Part shown: positions 31,127-47,000 of the stretch, one piece after another
How positions within the stretch are numbered: the first letter of the stretch is position 1
How the letters are laid out: each line of letters begins with the position of its first letter
NCBI GenBank assembly: GCA_951406725.2
Contig: OX597837.1
Coordinates: 13,020,001 to 13,084,000, forward strand
Direction: 5' to 3'
DNA: 64,000 bases
Origin: Octopus vulgaris
Lineage: Eukaryota
Program-made: the position numbers and the translations under genes
Notes under the pieces: model-generated
What the model saw: the letters and a program-made list of their open reading frames with translations, nothing else
What the model was told of the DNA's origin: nothing
Databases searched by the model: none

Positions 31127-34115
31127 AATGTATAAAAGACAAAATAGAATGAAAAAACTACAGAAGACTTAAAAAATATATTTAAATCGTCATGTTATAA
31201 AAATTTGTGTTCACTGACATTGTTTTAGGAGAAATAACCAGTTTTGTATTTTCTTTTCAGATTTCTCAAGCGTATATATACATACATATATATTTATATG
31301 TATATATATATTTTTTCACATATATTATACCCACATACACACACACGTGTGTGTGTGTATATAAATATATTTCCAATAAATCATAATTCCAAAAGGGAAG
31401 CACACCCTAAATTATAGAGCAGCAGATTTCTATCTTCATCTCTCTCTCTCACTATCTATCTATCTATCTGCCTGTCTATCTATCTGTCTGCTTATCTATC
31501 CATCTATATGCCTGTCTGTCTGTCTATCTATCCATCTACACATCTATCTGTCTATCTATCTATCTGCCTGTCTGTCTATCTATCCATCTACACATCTATC
31601 TATCTTTTTATATCTATCTATTTATCTGTCTGTCTATCTTTCTCTATCTCTCTCCTTCTCCCTCTCTATATGGTAAATGAGAGATGGAAGATGAAAGTTA
31701 CGAGATTTTTTATTATTCACTATATTTTTACACACATATATATGTATGTAAGCATGTGGTTTTGTGTGTATGTGTGTGCGAGTGCTGGATTCATATAGCC
31801 AAGTGGTTTGGGTGTTGACCTCCTAATCATTAGGCTGTGGGTTCGATTCTCAAACAGGATGACTGGTTACATCTTCAAACAAGGCATTTTGTTTCAAATT
31901 ACTTCAACCAAAAACGAGTACCAGTGACATCTGAGGGGTTAACCTTGTGACAGACTGGAGTCCCATTCATGGAGAATGACATTCTATTTTAAGCTGCTTA
32001 AACAAAATGGAAACTTAGCAGTTCGGCAAAAAAGACCAATAGAATAAGTACTAGGCTTACAAAGAATATGTCCTGGGGTCAATTTCTTTGACTAAATGAG
32101 TACCCCTGACACGTCGTGTGATATGATATACTTGAGAAGACCTGTTGAGCCAAGTAAAACCAATATCGTAGCTGTGGCCAGTGTCCCCTGACTGGCTCCC
32201 ATGCCGGTGGCATGTAAAAAGCACCATCTGAACATGGTTGATGCCAGGTCTGCCTGACTGGCCCTTGTGCCAGTGGAACGTAAAAACGTGGCTGATGCCA
32301 GCAACCCCTGACTGGCTCTCATGCTGGTGCCACGTAAAAAGCACCCACTACACTCTCGGAGTGGTTAGCATTAGGAAGGGCATCCAGCTGTAGAAACATT
32401 GAAGAGGTGCAATGGCCCAGTGGTTAGGGTAGCGGACTCACGGTCGGAGGATCGCGGTTTCAATTCCCAGGCCGGGCGTTGTGTGTGTTTATTGAGCAAA
32501 ATCACCTAAAGCTCCACGAGGCTCTGGCAGGAGGGCAGGGGATGAGACCCCTGTTGTACTCTTTCACCCCGACTTTCTTTCACTCTTTCTTGTCCCCGAA
32601 TTCCTACGCAACCGCTGAGCCTCTCGGTGTCGGGGGTTGACCTGCTTTCTCTTCTGCGGGTCTTACGAATAGCAAAGGACCACGTTTTGGACTTCTTTCC
32701 ACTCTGGGACGAAGACCGCTTCGCTCAACAAACAAACAAACATCAACATCAACAACAAGACGATGATGGCAATGATGATGATGATGATGATGATGATGAG
32801 AACAAATAAAAAGTCAACAAATTTTTTTTTCCTTCCAAAAGTTTTTCTCTTCTTTTATTCACAAAGGCTTCCAAGAATTGTTTTATTAGAATATAGAGCA
32901 ATCAAGAATTTCAGATAACTTTCTTTTGTTATTAATTTTTCTTTTTTATAGAGAAGAATTTGGAAATTGGAGAACAATTTCCTCAGTGTAAATGGCCATC
33001 ACTTGCTGCTCTGATACCAATTGTCACAAAAAAAATATACAGAAATTATATACATGCCTCTCTATGTGACTGTGTCTATGTACAACAAATATGCACACGC
33101 AACACACACATGTATATATACATTCATATATATATGTATATATACACACACACATATATATACATCATATGTATATATATACACACACATTCATATACAT
33201 AGACACTCATATATGTATATATATACGCATTCATATATAAATATATATATATACATATATGTATATATATACAGGTGTGTATGTATATATATATATGTGT
33301 GTGTATATATATATATATATATGTGTGTGTGTATATATATATATATGTGTGTATATATATACACATATATATACATATACGTATATATACATACATACAC
33401 GTATATATATATATATTTATACACATATTCATATATATACAGACACACACACACACACACACAGAAAGAAGCATTTTAACCAAAATCATAAAATATGATA
33501 ATGCCTTTTTTTTTCTTAAAAAAAAAATCCAAAGTTATCTCCCTTTACAGTTGAGACTTCAATGGCCAAGCTTCGTGTTTTACTATCGTATTATCACGTC
33601 TTAATCTCTTTAAGATCCTCTTTGATCACAGGCTTAGTCAATTAGGGATGAAATGAGTTTATACAACAATATTAGGATCTGGAAGACAGAGTGTAATCGT
33701 GTAATGAAACGCCAGTTTTTGACTTGGGAAGTGGTTCCTTTTCTCGAAAGGAAGGAGAAAGAAACCCTTCTAAACATTGAGAATTAGCATTAAGGGATGA
33801 TGGATTCACTGCCAATGGTCTCTCTTTCTCGCTCTCTTCAATATAAAACAAACTCTTTATTTTATTATGTCATATTGGTGGTTAATCCCTCTTAATAATA
33901 CTGCATCGATCTTTAACTTTCATTGTTTCAAATTAAACAAAATAAAATTGAAAATAAATATACAACAAATACCATTCTCTCTGCCAGTTCAGAAGTGAAC
34001 ACTTCTCTCCAGAAATGTTGTCAGAGAAAGTTAAAGATTCGAATTGAATGAAATTTCTTTCCCTTTCATTTCATATTCTTTTGGGTTACTTTTCGGGAAA
34101 CTTTTTACTTGATGT

Positions 34116-34131
34116 TTTATTTTATTTTATT
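34116..34131 (-). promoter_or_regulatory. Candidate polyadenylation signals (overlapping AATAAA) for RNF17
   Basis: About 100 nt past the stop codon; AT-rich background makes chance matches likely. Confidence 0.35.
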
Positions 34132-34225
34132 TTGAATTCTGAAACTGTTTTCCTTTATAGGGAAGAACTGTTTGACATTTTAATCCAAATGTGACTCCCC
34201 CCACCATCTTACAAGAGAGAATTCC

Positions 34226-34342
34226 TTATGGGGAGTCCCTTTCGTAGCTTACAAGTTCAGAATCTATAACACTTTGGTAAGCAAGGGCAGATTCTGCAGC
34301 TGGGTCATACAGCTGAACTTCAAGCCAAGGCTGTTGAGTTTT
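34226..34342 (-). CDS. RNF17: RNF17 last exon: KTQQPWLEVQLYDP...YERDSP*
   Basis: tttttcag acceptor, phase 0, TAA stop. Confidence 0.85.
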   Translation of the reverse strand, partial: KTQQPWLEVQLYDPAAESALAYQSVIDSELVSYERDSP

Positions 34343-37300
34343 CTGAAAAACAGAAATAAATATGGATGATAATTCAACAGCCATACAATCATTTGTAATT
34401 ACACACACACACACATTTAGAGTTAATGACAATCATACACGGTCTTGAGTGCATTTATCATCATCAACATCATCATCATTTTCCTATTTGATTTTTCATG
34501 CCTTCATGGGTTGGAAGAGTCCTCTCTAATACATCTTGCCATTTGATGTGTCCCTTTTTTCAACTCCTTCATGAAACTCAATATCATGAGATCAGCTCTC
34601 ACCCATTTCTGGTTTTTTTCCTCTTTCTCAATTTCCCTCCACTAAAGTCTCTTAGTTCTTCTTTATTCAACAATTTTCATGCTATAGCTTCTCTTGTACA
34701 CCATTTCTGGTTTCTACTAAACCCAGTTTTTTTCTCAGCTCATCTGTATCACATCACTCAAACACACCAATATTACAAATTCCACAGAGCTTCTTTCACC
34801 ATTAACAACCGTTTCCTATGATGGAACCAGTTGGACAGTTTAACAGGAGCTTTCAAATCAGAGGACCGCACCAAACCCTACTGCCTGCTTTGGCATGGTT
34901 TCTATGGCTGGATGTCCTTCCTAATACCGACCACCTGATAGACTGGGTGCTTTTTATGTGGCACCAGCACCAGTGAGGTTACAAAGTAGCTTGCAAGACC
35001 CCACAACAGAGTGGGGAAGTAGAACTGAGGGCGGAGAGGCTCTATGCCAGGTGATGAGAGGCCTTTATCCTTTAACCTGTCCCAGATGGGAAACCAAACT
35101 AAGATCTTGTGGCCCATTGATATAACTCCAGGGTCGTTGCAACATACAAGCCTTCACAGTGCAAAAAGGGCTCTACCCTATGAGGATCAGCCTTCACACA
35201 CACAGATGTATAAACAATTCCATATACATATACATGGGTTTACTTATCCATGCCAAAACAGACACAGTAACCTGGGGCAGTCTTCTACCTGGCTGGCCCC
35301 TGTCAAACTGTCCAACCAATGCATGCATGGAAGAAGATGATGATGATGATATATACACGCAGTTACACATATAGTCTTTTACATAATCACAGACACACAG
35401 CAAAGTCCTCCTTCATATTAGCCTCACCTGTAAAACTGCATCAAGTTCTTTGTTAACGACAGAATCAATAACAGCCTTCATTGCTTCCTCGGTCCATTGA
35501 TGTGATTCATCTGAGGGTTTCATGCCCTTCACAACGCAGCGCACAGCCTGTGAAGGTAACTTTAGAAACTTCTGTGAGATTTCCCGAATCCTGAAACATT
35601 TCCATAATTAACTGTTAAGAGCTTGAAACATGAGACATTGTAAGTATTAGTTTGAGAAAAAGAAAAGACTAACTAGACACAAACCATGCAGTTCTCACTC
35701 ACTGGATAACCATGTCACATGCTACTAACAATTCTATGCAGGCATGGTTGTGTGGTTAAAAAGCTTGCTCCCCAACCACTTGTCCATTTATGCTGGAGCT
35801 CTGGGCAAAATGTTATACTGTATGACCATCTGTGGGACATGAGTGATGTGTGTGTAAAGTTTGAAGATCAGTTGAGAATTGTGGAAATGTATGCATTAGT
35901 CATTATACACACACATACTGTAATTTATATACACTAAATATATATGTGTGTGTGTGTGTGTGTATGCAGGCTTAAGTATGAGTTGGTATTTCCTTGCCTT
36001 GATATTGTATGATTGTCATCTGTTACCAATCTTCTTGAAAACATACCCAGCCATGGAGAAAATATTACCTTTTTTGAAAACAGGTGAAGCTTGGCAACAG
36101 AAAGGACATCAAGCCATAGAAAATCTGCCGTCTACTTACCAATAAAAGAGAATGTTTTGAAACGTTTCCTACCTTGACTTATCGATATATTCCGACGTCC
36201 CATAGTCAACATAGAGAACCAACATATCGGTCTGTTTAACATCAGCAATAACACTTCGGTACCAACAGTCATCCACTGTAAACTGACAGCAACATGCTTT
36301 ACCTGCAACAGAAGATGTTCTGGAGATGTACTTGCATAGCAAGTGTCTTGATCTGAGATCAAAGTGACTGCAGAATGGAAGACACAAGTTAGCCATTCAG
36401 AAACACAAAGATTTTTAACATCACTGAACTTTTTAGCATTTGGATTATTCTTGTAAATGTTCTGCTTGTATAAAGCACTTTGGTTTAAATTAATCATGTA
36501 TTAGCTCACAACTTCCAGATTTCAAAGATGTGATCATTTAGTTTTAGAATGACATTGTAGGGTAGGTGGGAGAGGCTGGATCTGGTTAGTTTGAACATCA
36601 AACAGGTGGAATAATTTGGCCAGATATGGCTAGTTTAAATGCTAATGAGTTAAACATTCATTTGTAATATGGCATCAAAATTGCATTACCATATATGGTC
36701 AAGCAAGTTTCTGCAACAGTCAAGGGCAAACTATGGTCCACGGAAATTTCTGAATGCCTAATGTGTGAGGATGTGAATGCTTATGTCACTTTGTTTTGAC
36801 ATTGCATGATGGTTGTAAATGAGTGTCACTGTCATACAAGCAGTGTTGTTCATTTCTGATATTCTGCGAAAACGTGTCTGGCCATGAAGAAATAGTACCT
36901 TGTTTGGAAACAGGTGAAGATTGACAACAGAATGAGCATAGAGCTGCAGAAAAAACCCGCCTCAATAAACTCCATCTGACACAAGGAAGTATGGGAATGT
37001 GGATGGTTAAATGATGATAAGGTGGCAAGCTGGCAGAATCGTTAGCACGCCAGGCGAAATCCTTAGTGGTATTTCGTCTGCCGTTACGTTCCGAGTTCAA
37101 ATTCAGCCGAGGTCGACTTTGCCTTTCATCCTTTCGGGGTGGATAAATTAAGTACCGGTTACGCACTGGGTTCGATGTAATCGACTTAATACCTATGTCT
37201 GTCCTTGTTTGTCCCTCCTATGTTTAGCCCCTTGTGGGTAATAAAGAAATAGGTATTTCGTCTGCCATTACGTTCTGAGTTCAAATTCAGCCAAGGTCAA

Positions 37301-37723
37301 CTTTGCCTTTCATCCTTTCGGGATCGATAAATTAAGTACCAGTTACGCACTGGGGTCGATATAATCGACTTAATCTGTTTGTCTGTCCTTGGTTGTCCCC
37401 TCTGTGTTTAGCCCCATGTGGGTAGTAAAGAAACAAGTTAAATGATAAATCTGAAATAGTCTCTCCTGGACAAGGTAAAACTCATCAAACCAAGCGAAAT
37501 TTTCTTGGTTTCTGCGGCTGGGTGCCCTTCCTAAAGCCAGCTACTCCGAGAGTGTAGTGGGTGCCTTTTACATGTTCACTTACGTGTCAGTGGCACGGAT
37601 GTTGTTATGTGCCACATAACAACATCCGTGCCACTGACACGTAAGTGAACATGTAAAAGGCACCCACTACACTCTCGGAGTAGCTGGCTTTAGGAAGGGC
37701 ACCCAGCCGCAGAAACCAAGCAA

Positions 37724-37757
<34 letters not shown>

Positions 37758-39357
37758 ACCAAAAACCCAGTGAATCAGCAAAGAAGCCCTTAACTCACCC
37801 ACAACTGTCTTTTTAATCGGAGGAGCAGAAAGCGCATATTCGTTGAGTTCAACTGACATCTCTTCGAGCTGGAGAAGCTGCGAGTTAATCCGACGACTTT
37901 CCTCATCACTGCTGGACCTTTGGGAATTTTGGAAATATATCTGACGCAGAAAATAGAAAAAAGAAAAAAAAAATGAATAACAGGTGCAGGAGTGGCTGTG
38001 TGGTAAGTAGCTTGCTGACCAACCACATGGTTCTGGGTTCAGTCCCACTGTGTGGCATCTTGGGCAAGTGTCTTCTGCTATAGCCCCGGGCCGACCAATG
38101 CCTTGTGAGTGGATTTGGTAGACGGAAACTGAAAGAAGCCTGTCGTATATATGTATATATATATGTGTGTGTGTGTGTGTGTTTGTGTGTCTGTGTTTGT
38201 CCCCCTAGCATTGCTTGACAACCGATGCTGGTGTGATTATGTCCCCGTCACTTAGCGGTTTGGCAAAAGAGACCGATAGAATAAGTACTGGGCTTACAAA
38301 GAATAAGTCCCGGGGTCGATTTGCTCGACTAAGGGCGGTGCTCCAGCATGGCCGCAGTCAAATGACTGAAACAAGTAAAAGAGAGTAACTAAATAATGAC
38401 TGTGTGGTTTAGGAACTTACTTTACAAACCACACGGTTTTGAGTTCAGTCCCACAACGTGGCTACTTGGGCAAGTGTCTTCTGCTATAGCCTAGGACTAA
38501 ATAATGCCCTGTAAGTGATTTTTGAAGATGGAAACTGTGTGGAAGCTCATCCTACATAATATGTGAATATGTCCTTGTGTTTGTTCTCCCTTTTTGCTTG
38601 ACAACTGGTGTTAGTTTGTTTACATCCCAGTAGTTCAGCAGTTTGGCAAAACAGACCCATAGAGTCTTACAAAAGTACTGGAAGTCAATTTGTTTGTCTA
38701 AAGTAGGGATTCTCAACCATTTTTCATCTATGGATCCCTTTGATTCTATTATTTTATTCTGGTGGACCCCTAAAAGCCATTCGATGATTAAAAACTAGTT
38801 TTACAGACACTTCTTTCAAAATCCCTATTTTGTTTTTCACACATCAACTTGTGTTGGTTGAACTATGAAAAATGTTAAAGAAACCCAGCTGTTTTTTGCA
38901 ATACATACATCTAAAGCAAAAGCTCTCAGGGGTTCTTAAAATATTTTTGTGGATCTTCAATTTGCTATTTAATTGTAGACCCCACAAAATCTTTTATGGA
39001 CCCCGACTGAAAACCACTGTCTAAGGCAGTACCCCAACATGACCATAATCCAACAAGTAAAAAATAGGAAATAAATAAACAAAAAAGAAATTATCTCATA
39101 GCATGTGTGTGGGCTTAGCCATGTGGTTACTTTGTAAATCTGAACTCTCGTTGAATTCTTCCTACCTTGACACCACTGGTGCTGTCTCACACACTTTTTA
39201 TTTATAGGCACAGGAGTGGCTGTGTGGTAAGTAGCTTGCTTGGCAACCACATGGTTCCGGGTTCATTCCTACTGCGTGGCACCTTGGGCAAGTGTCTTCT
39301 ACCAAAGCCTTGTGAGTGGATTTGGTAGACGGAAACTGAAAGAAGCCCATCGTATAT

Positions 39358-39399
<42 letters not shown>

Positions 39400-40968
39400 T
39401 AGTGTATCTGTGTTTGTCTGACAATCGATGGTGGTGTGTTTACATCCCTGTAACTTAGCAGTTCGGCAAAAGAGACCGACGTTAAATGATGTTGATGATG
39501 AGATTTGGACATCTAATGTCAAGGAATACTTACCACATTTGGTAGTTCGACATGTGTCACTAAAACAGGAATAGACTTGTTAAAAGTGAATTTCATGTTC
39601 TTGAATGGATTGCACGTCTGAAAAACAGGGAAAAAAAAAATATTGGTAACGGTGTACTTTTATCTCTGTTTACTAAATTCACACCCCACTCATTCCCCCA
39701 CTTTATATCGGCGAGCTGGCAGAAACGTTAGCACGCTGGGCGAAATGTGTAGCCGTATTTCGTCTGCCGTTACGTTCTGAGTTCCGCCGAGGTCGACTTT
39801 GCCTTTCATCCTTTCAGGGTCGATAAATTAAGTACCAGTTACGCACTAGGGTCGATGTAATCGACTTAATCCGTTTGTCTGTCCTTGTTTGTCCCATCTG
39901 TGTTTAGCCCCTTGTTGTTGGTAAGCCCAGCTCAGAATGAGGGTAGCAAACCCAAAATGCTGGTTTGTTAAGTCTGGGGTTGTCAGGACACCACCGAAAA
40001 CTCAGTTCCCAAGTCACAGTTGAAGTTAAGCTTTGCTGGTCACAGACCCTATTTGTGGATGGATTTTATATCAAATAGGCGTAGACATGGCTGTCTGGTA
40101 CATACATCCACATGCATCCTGAGCCAATGCCTTCTGCTATAGCCATGGGCCAACCAAATAAGAGCTAAAATGCTCTAATGCTGTACTTAACACACATGAA
40201 TGAAGACACATACACTAACAGGGAACATAATTGTCTGAAAAATGCCAACTGGGAATTCTGAAGATTGACGGCAGTTTCATCAGTTTCTGTTGCTTCATCA
40301 GCTAAGCTTGCTTGATTTCATCTTTTTCAGCCTTGCTTCTCTATTAGTATATATGCTTACATCATTCAAATTATTGGATGATTTAATGATTCGTTAATAT
40401 GTATACATAAAATTAATATAAACAGTAGGTTGCAGTGTTTCACCAAAAAGGAGAAAACATAATTCTCCTATATTTGTATGTATGTATGTATGTATGGATG
40501 TGTGTGTTTGTCCCCCCCCCCAATCACCTGACAACCGATATTGGCGTGTTTCCATCCACATAACTTAGTGGTTCAGCAAAAGAGATCGATAGAATAAGTA
40601 CTAGGCTTACAAAGAATAAGTCTTAGGGTCGATTTGTTCCACTGAAGGCAGTGCTCCAGCATGACCGCAGTCAAATGACTGAAACAAATAAAAGAATATG
40701 TACACACACACACACGCATGCATATATGCGCATGTGTTACTTGCACAATGCCTTGGCATAAGATGATGGTTGTAAACAAGTGGTGGCGTCTCCAAAGTTC
40801 TGTGGAAAGATACCTGGTCGCCGGTTACGGGGGAATATTACCTCACCTGGAAACAGGTGAGGGTTGGGAACAGGAAAGTCATCCAGTCATAGAAAACCGC
40901 CTCAAATTCCATCCAACTCATACAAACATGGAAAGTGAAAGTTAAAACCAGGATGGTGGTGGTGGTGG

Positions 40969-41020
<52 letters not shown>

Positions 41021-44000
41021 GGTGGTGGTGGTGGTGGTGGTGGTGATGATGATGATGATGATGATGATGGTGTTGAAGATGGTGGTGATGGTGATGATGA
41101 TGGTGATGATGATGATGGTGATGATGATGATGAAAAAAAACTTTTGAAACAAACCTGCAGCATGTGTGCAATCTTTTCGCTTTGTTCTTCCAAGAAAGTG
41201 AGGCTGTATTTTTGGTAAGTGTACTTTTTATCACAGAGAAGTTCTCCCAGTTCTTGACCGTCTGGATCTATCAAACGAACCTCACACGTTCCGTTTTCTT
41301 TTGATGACTAATGGAAATATATGGTACACATATAACATAAGCTTTGAAGAATGTTAAATTTTCAATCACTATGGCTTTTAAAATATCATCATGTCCTTCT
41401 AAAATTCCACATAAATTAATAACACACATACAAAAGTAAAAATCCACATAACACACACACACACATAATTAAAATCACAAATCACATCGGTGTTCTGAAT
41501 TATTTGGCCTCCGTGTCCCTGACTGGCCTCCGTATCGGTGGCACGTAAAAAGCACCATCCGTCCGTGGCCGTTTGCCAGCCCCGTCTGGCACCTGTGCTG
41601 GTGGCACATAAAAAGCACCCACTACACTCACGGAGTGGTTAGCGTTAGGAATGGCATCCAGCTGTAGAAACATTGCCAGATCAGACTGGAGCCTGGTGCA
41701 GCCTTCTGGCTTCCCAGACCCCAGTTGAACCGTCCAACCCATGCTAGCATGGAAAGCGGACGCTAAATGATGATGATGATGATGATGATGATATATGATG
41801 TCTTAATAAGAGATAAAATGAGGTTAGAAAATTACTGATCATAGATTTGCTGGAGCAGGGTTGACCAAGGGCTAAACAACAGTATTTAACTTGCACAAAT
41901 AAACCCAAAATAACCAACAATAGCAACCAGGCTATTCTGCCAGAATTTGAACCCAGCACCTTCCTAATGTACCATCTTCCTCACACTGCCAACATTAGGA
42001 TGGTTTATCAAAGCCAAATATTCTCCAAGAAGTAAAAATTCTGACTGAAATCACTTACCATTTGCTGAATTCCACACAGCTTTCCAACAATGATGTTATG
42101 CATGACGTCCAAGATATTTGAGGTCCATTTGCCAGAAACCTACAGAAAACAGGGGGGAACATTTTCATCAACAATCTCGTGGTTATCTCCTTCCTACAAC
42201 ATTACCCATCATGCACTTGCAACCTTTAACCCCACCATTCATCCCTCCATCACTTTCCTAACTACTGCGTTATTCTACTTTTGTAAACTAATAAAAACAA
42301 TACCTGTTACTACGCATCATATCACGCCACCTCCTCCAATGCTCCTTCCCCTCATTTGACAAGTTGTGATGCACCCGAGCACTCTCTCTCATTTACTCTT
42401 TTACTTGTTTCAGTCATTTGACTGTGGCCATGCTGGAGCACCACTTTTTTTAACCGAGCAAATCAACCCCAGGACTTATTCTTTTTAAGCCTAGTACTTA
42501 TTCTACCGGTCTCTTTTGCTGAACTGCTAAGTTACGGGGACGTAAACACACCAGCATCAGTTGTCAAGCAATGTTGGGGGAACAAACACAGACACAGAAG
42601 CACACACACATACATATATATATATACAACGGGCTTCTTTCAGTTTCTGCCTACCAAATCCACTCACAAGGCTTTGGTCGGCCCGAGGCTATAGTAGAAG
42701 ACACTTGCCCAAGGTGCCACGCAGTGGGACTGAACCTGGAACCATGTGGTTGGTAAGCAAGCTACTTACCACACAGCCACTCGTATACAATAATTTCATT
42801 ATTATTATTATTAAATTTTTTGTCTTGCAACTTACTTGGTAACCCTTGTCAGTGCAGGCAGGGCCGTGGAGTTGAAACAAAATGATAACAATAATGATAA
42901 TAATAATAATAACAACAGATGCTTCTTACCGGAACGATGCCATGAAGTTTGATGTGAAGACAGAGGGGAGGTAAATGTGCAACGGGTTCAATATCGGGCC
43001 GCAGCTTGTTCAGTGAAACCATGTCGTGGTTTCCATAGTCAATGTAACGAACCTGTGGAATGAAACCATGGAAACAGTCAGGATACCTGTAATACCTGTA
43101 TGTAAACATCATCATCATCATCGTTTAGCGTCCGCTTTCCACGCTAGCATGGGTTGGACGGTGCAACTGGGGTCTGGGAAGCCAGAAGACTGCAACAGGA
43201 CCAGTCTGATCTGGCAATGTTTCTACGGCTGGATGCCCTTCCTAATGCCAACCACTCCGTGAGTGTAGTGGGTGCTTTTTACGTGCCACCGGCGGCTGGC
43301 AAATGGCCACGATCGGATGGTGCTTTTTACATGCCACCGGCACGGAGGCGAGGCGAGGCTGGCAACGGCCACGATCGGATGGTGGTTTTTATGTGCCACC
43401 GACACAAAAATTTCATGTTTGGTTGGGTGGGTAATGCTGCGGAGACTTGTAATACTGGAGGATATGTGTAACACTTAGATGAGAACCAGGGGACAAATAT
43501 GTGGTAGTAGAATACATTTGTTATAGTTTGATGTGTAATAATATGCCTCCATCACCATTCCACAGCGACCACCACAGCAGAAGGAGCTGCTGGTACTGTC
43601 ACCGACACCATCACCACCATTTTTTTATTGCCTATACTGGTATGGGCTGGATGGAACTCTTTTAGACAGTATATATGTATATATTTCTTTACTACCCACA
43701 AGGGGGCTAAACATAGAGGGGACAAACAAGGGCAGACAAATGGATTAAGTTGATTATATCGCCCCCAGTGCGTAACTGGTACTTAATTTATTGACCCCGA
43801 AAGGATGAAAGGCAAAGTAGACCTCGGCGGAATTTGAACTCAAAACGTAACAGCAGATGAAATACGGCTACATATTTTGCCCGGCATGCTAACAGTTCTG
43901 CCAGCTCGCCGCCTTGATATATATATATATATATATATCATCATCATCATCATTTAACGTCTGCTTTCCATGCTAGCATGGGTTAGACGATTTGACCAAG

Positions 44001-47000
44001 GTCTGACGAACCAGATAGCTGCACCGGTCTCCAATCTGATCCGGCAGAGTTTCAACAGCTGGATGCCCTTCCTAACGCCAACCACTCCGAAAGTGTGGTG
44101 GGTGTTTTTATGTGCCACTGTCATGAGGGCCAGTCCAGCGGCACTGGCAATGACCTCGCTCGAATGTTTTTCAGGCTGATATTTAGAGATATATATAGAA
44201 TTATTGCAGCATTACTGCTCTCTCCTCCATCTCTTAACCCTTTTCCTAAAAACAAACACTTTATTATTTTCAAAACTGGCTTCCGTGCTGGCGGCACGTA
44301 AAAAGCACCATCCGATCGTGGCCGTTTGCCAGCCTCGTAAAAAGCACCCACTACACTCATGGAGTGGTTGGCGTTAGGAAGGGCATCCAGCTGTAGAAAC
44401 ATTGCCAGATGAGACTGGGCCTGGTGCAGCCTTCTGGCTTCCCAGACCCCAGTTGAACCGTCCAACCCATGCCAGCATGGAAAGCGGATGCTAAACGATG
44501 ATGATGATGATGATGATGATGAAAACTGACTGAAAGAAAGGTAGTGCCTTTGAACAGATATACAGTACCAAACCGAAATATGGTACCAAAGAAGTTAAAC
44601 ACTAATTCTCTGCCGGTGGCACATAAAAAGCACCCAGCACACTCTGCAAAGTGGTTGGCACTAGGGAGGGCATCAAGCTGTAGAAACCATGTCAGAACGG
44701 ACAACTGGGGTCTGGATAGCTCCCAGCTGGGCAGCCAGTGCTATGTAAAACCATCCAACTCAAGCCAGCATGGAAAATGGATGTTCAAAGATGATGATGA
44801 AGAGGCTTTGAATTAGGGGAAACAAAAACACAAAAAAAGAGAGAAAAAAAAAGAAAAATATCACAAGGACCTTTCTAATTACCTTTGTATCTGCACTTTA
44901 ATTCCTTACCTTGATTAATTCTTGCACAGCTAATATTGTGGCACGGGCCCAGACTTTCTCAGCTTCATAGAAACAGAGGCAGGAATCACCAATCTCCCAG
45001 CAAATCGGTTCTATGTGCTGTGTAAGGCAGTTAGGATAGTGAGCATAGAGCAACTTGTTTAGTTCTTCCAATGGGGACGTCTCATCTGGAATGGAATGAA
45101 GAATGGTCTCACTTCAGGGCCTTCTCTTGCTACATTTAGTAACAAAATATAAAGATCAACTGGACATGGTGGTGGCGGTGGTGGTGATGGTGGTAATGCT
45201 GAGGGAGGAGGAGTAGTGAGTGCGGTAGAGATGCAACAAATTGAGAGAGGTGCAGTATGAGAGATGTTTAGTGTGGAGGATGCATATGAAAGGGGGAGTA
45301 AGGGACATAATATGAGAGAGAGAGGGGGGGGGGTAGTAAGAAAAATGTAAAATGATAGAGGGAGGTGTAGTAGGAGAAAAGTAATATGAGAGATGTTTAA
45401 TGTGAGGGATGGGTGCAGTGGAAGGTGGAGTAAGATGTAATATAAGAGAGAGGTGAAGTAAGAGATGTGTGTTATGAGAGAAGTTCAGTTTGAAGTGAGA
45501 GGTTCATACATTGGGCCCCAAAAGAGAAGCCCTTTTACCTTTGTGACATTCGTGAGCAAATATGGTCCCATCGTCATCGATGTAAGTGGGGACAACATAA
45601 ATTACGTTGTCTGAGGGCAAAGGGCAATCCTTGAAGTGAATGTCAGGGGGTCGCTTCAGGCATTTTACGTCTTCACTATTTGAAGTCACAGAAGGACTAG
45701 AGTTCGTTTGTAATCTGCAAATGAAGAAATATAATCCTTGATTAATTGGGATTAGTTGTAATCCACAGATATAATAATAATAATGAAATTATTGTATACA
45801 GTGCTTAGGTGCACCACAACTTGTCAGAAAGTGCGTATAAAGCATATACAGTAATGTACAAATGTCTGGAAAGTGAACAATGCATGAGTCAGATACATGC
45901 TTGTGTGTGTATGGAGGGGAGGAAAATCAGGTGTAGTGTTGGCAAATCTCAGAAAGCATGGAAGTTTTGAAGGATGCAGTGCTCCGACAACTAACAACTG
46001 ATGCTGGCAGTTTGTTCCATGCTTCAAAATGTTTCCTGAAGTCATGGGAGCTGTGCTGTTTTCTGACTTTGCAAATATGTCCACGGGTGTATATGAATAT
46101 ACAAGGTGAGGCAAAAAAGTCATGCAAAGAATAAGTTAAATACACTCCAGGATTGTTGAAGACTTGCCTCCAGTTTTTCTAAAATTTAATAAAATAATGA
46201 TGAATACACCCATACTTGTACATCATCATCGTCATCATCGCTTAACATCCGCTTTCCATGCTAGCATGGGTTGGATGAATGACTGAGGGCTGCCGAACCA
46301 GATGGCTGCACCAGGCTTCAATCTTGATCTGGCAGAGTTTCTTCAGCTGGATGCCCTTCCTAAAGCCAACCACTCCAAGAGTGTAGTGGATGCTTTTACG
46401 TGCCACCGGCACAGGGGCTAGTCAGGCGGTACTGGCAACGACCTCGCTCGAATCTTTTTACACATGCCAACGGCACAGGTGCCAGTAAGGCGATGCTGGT
46501 AATGATCTCACTCGAATGGTGCCTCCTACATGTCACCGGCACGGAAGCCAGTTAGCCGCTCTGGCAACAATCATGCTGATAAATAATGCAAATGAGATTA
46601 TTCTCCGCAGGTGAAGGTAGAGAGAATCAAGTAAATATGTGGCAGAGGAAGCTTTGCTGCTTTTGGGCCGCAAGATGGTGCAAACAAATTAAGTCAAGGA
46701 ATCAGGAACAACCATTCATCAAAAAGAACCAATACTTAAGACACCTGGAACATTTAATTGGTTTAATAATTGACTTAAGACTAATTTACTTTCTTGTGGG
46801 TATGGCCAATCCATTTTCTTGTAATTTCTTTCCAAGACTGTAATAATCTCTAGATGCAGGTTCCAGGGCCGTTTCTGCAGTAAAGTTTTCTATGAGAAGA
46901 TCTACAGGTAGGGAACCATTGACAATTTCTTCCTGGAGAGACAGAAACAAACAGAATGTGTTTGTGAAAAAAGGAAACAGAAATTTTTGTAAACTTTTAT

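Noticed and set aside
40220-40340. Extra RNF17 exon (ADEATETDETAVNLQ..)
   Set aside because: Phase-0 reading from the acceptor hits a stop; flanking exons already join in frame
44881-44909. Alternative downstream donor (AAAG|gtaatt) for the Tudor 4 exon
   Set aside because: The extension contains an in-frame TAA
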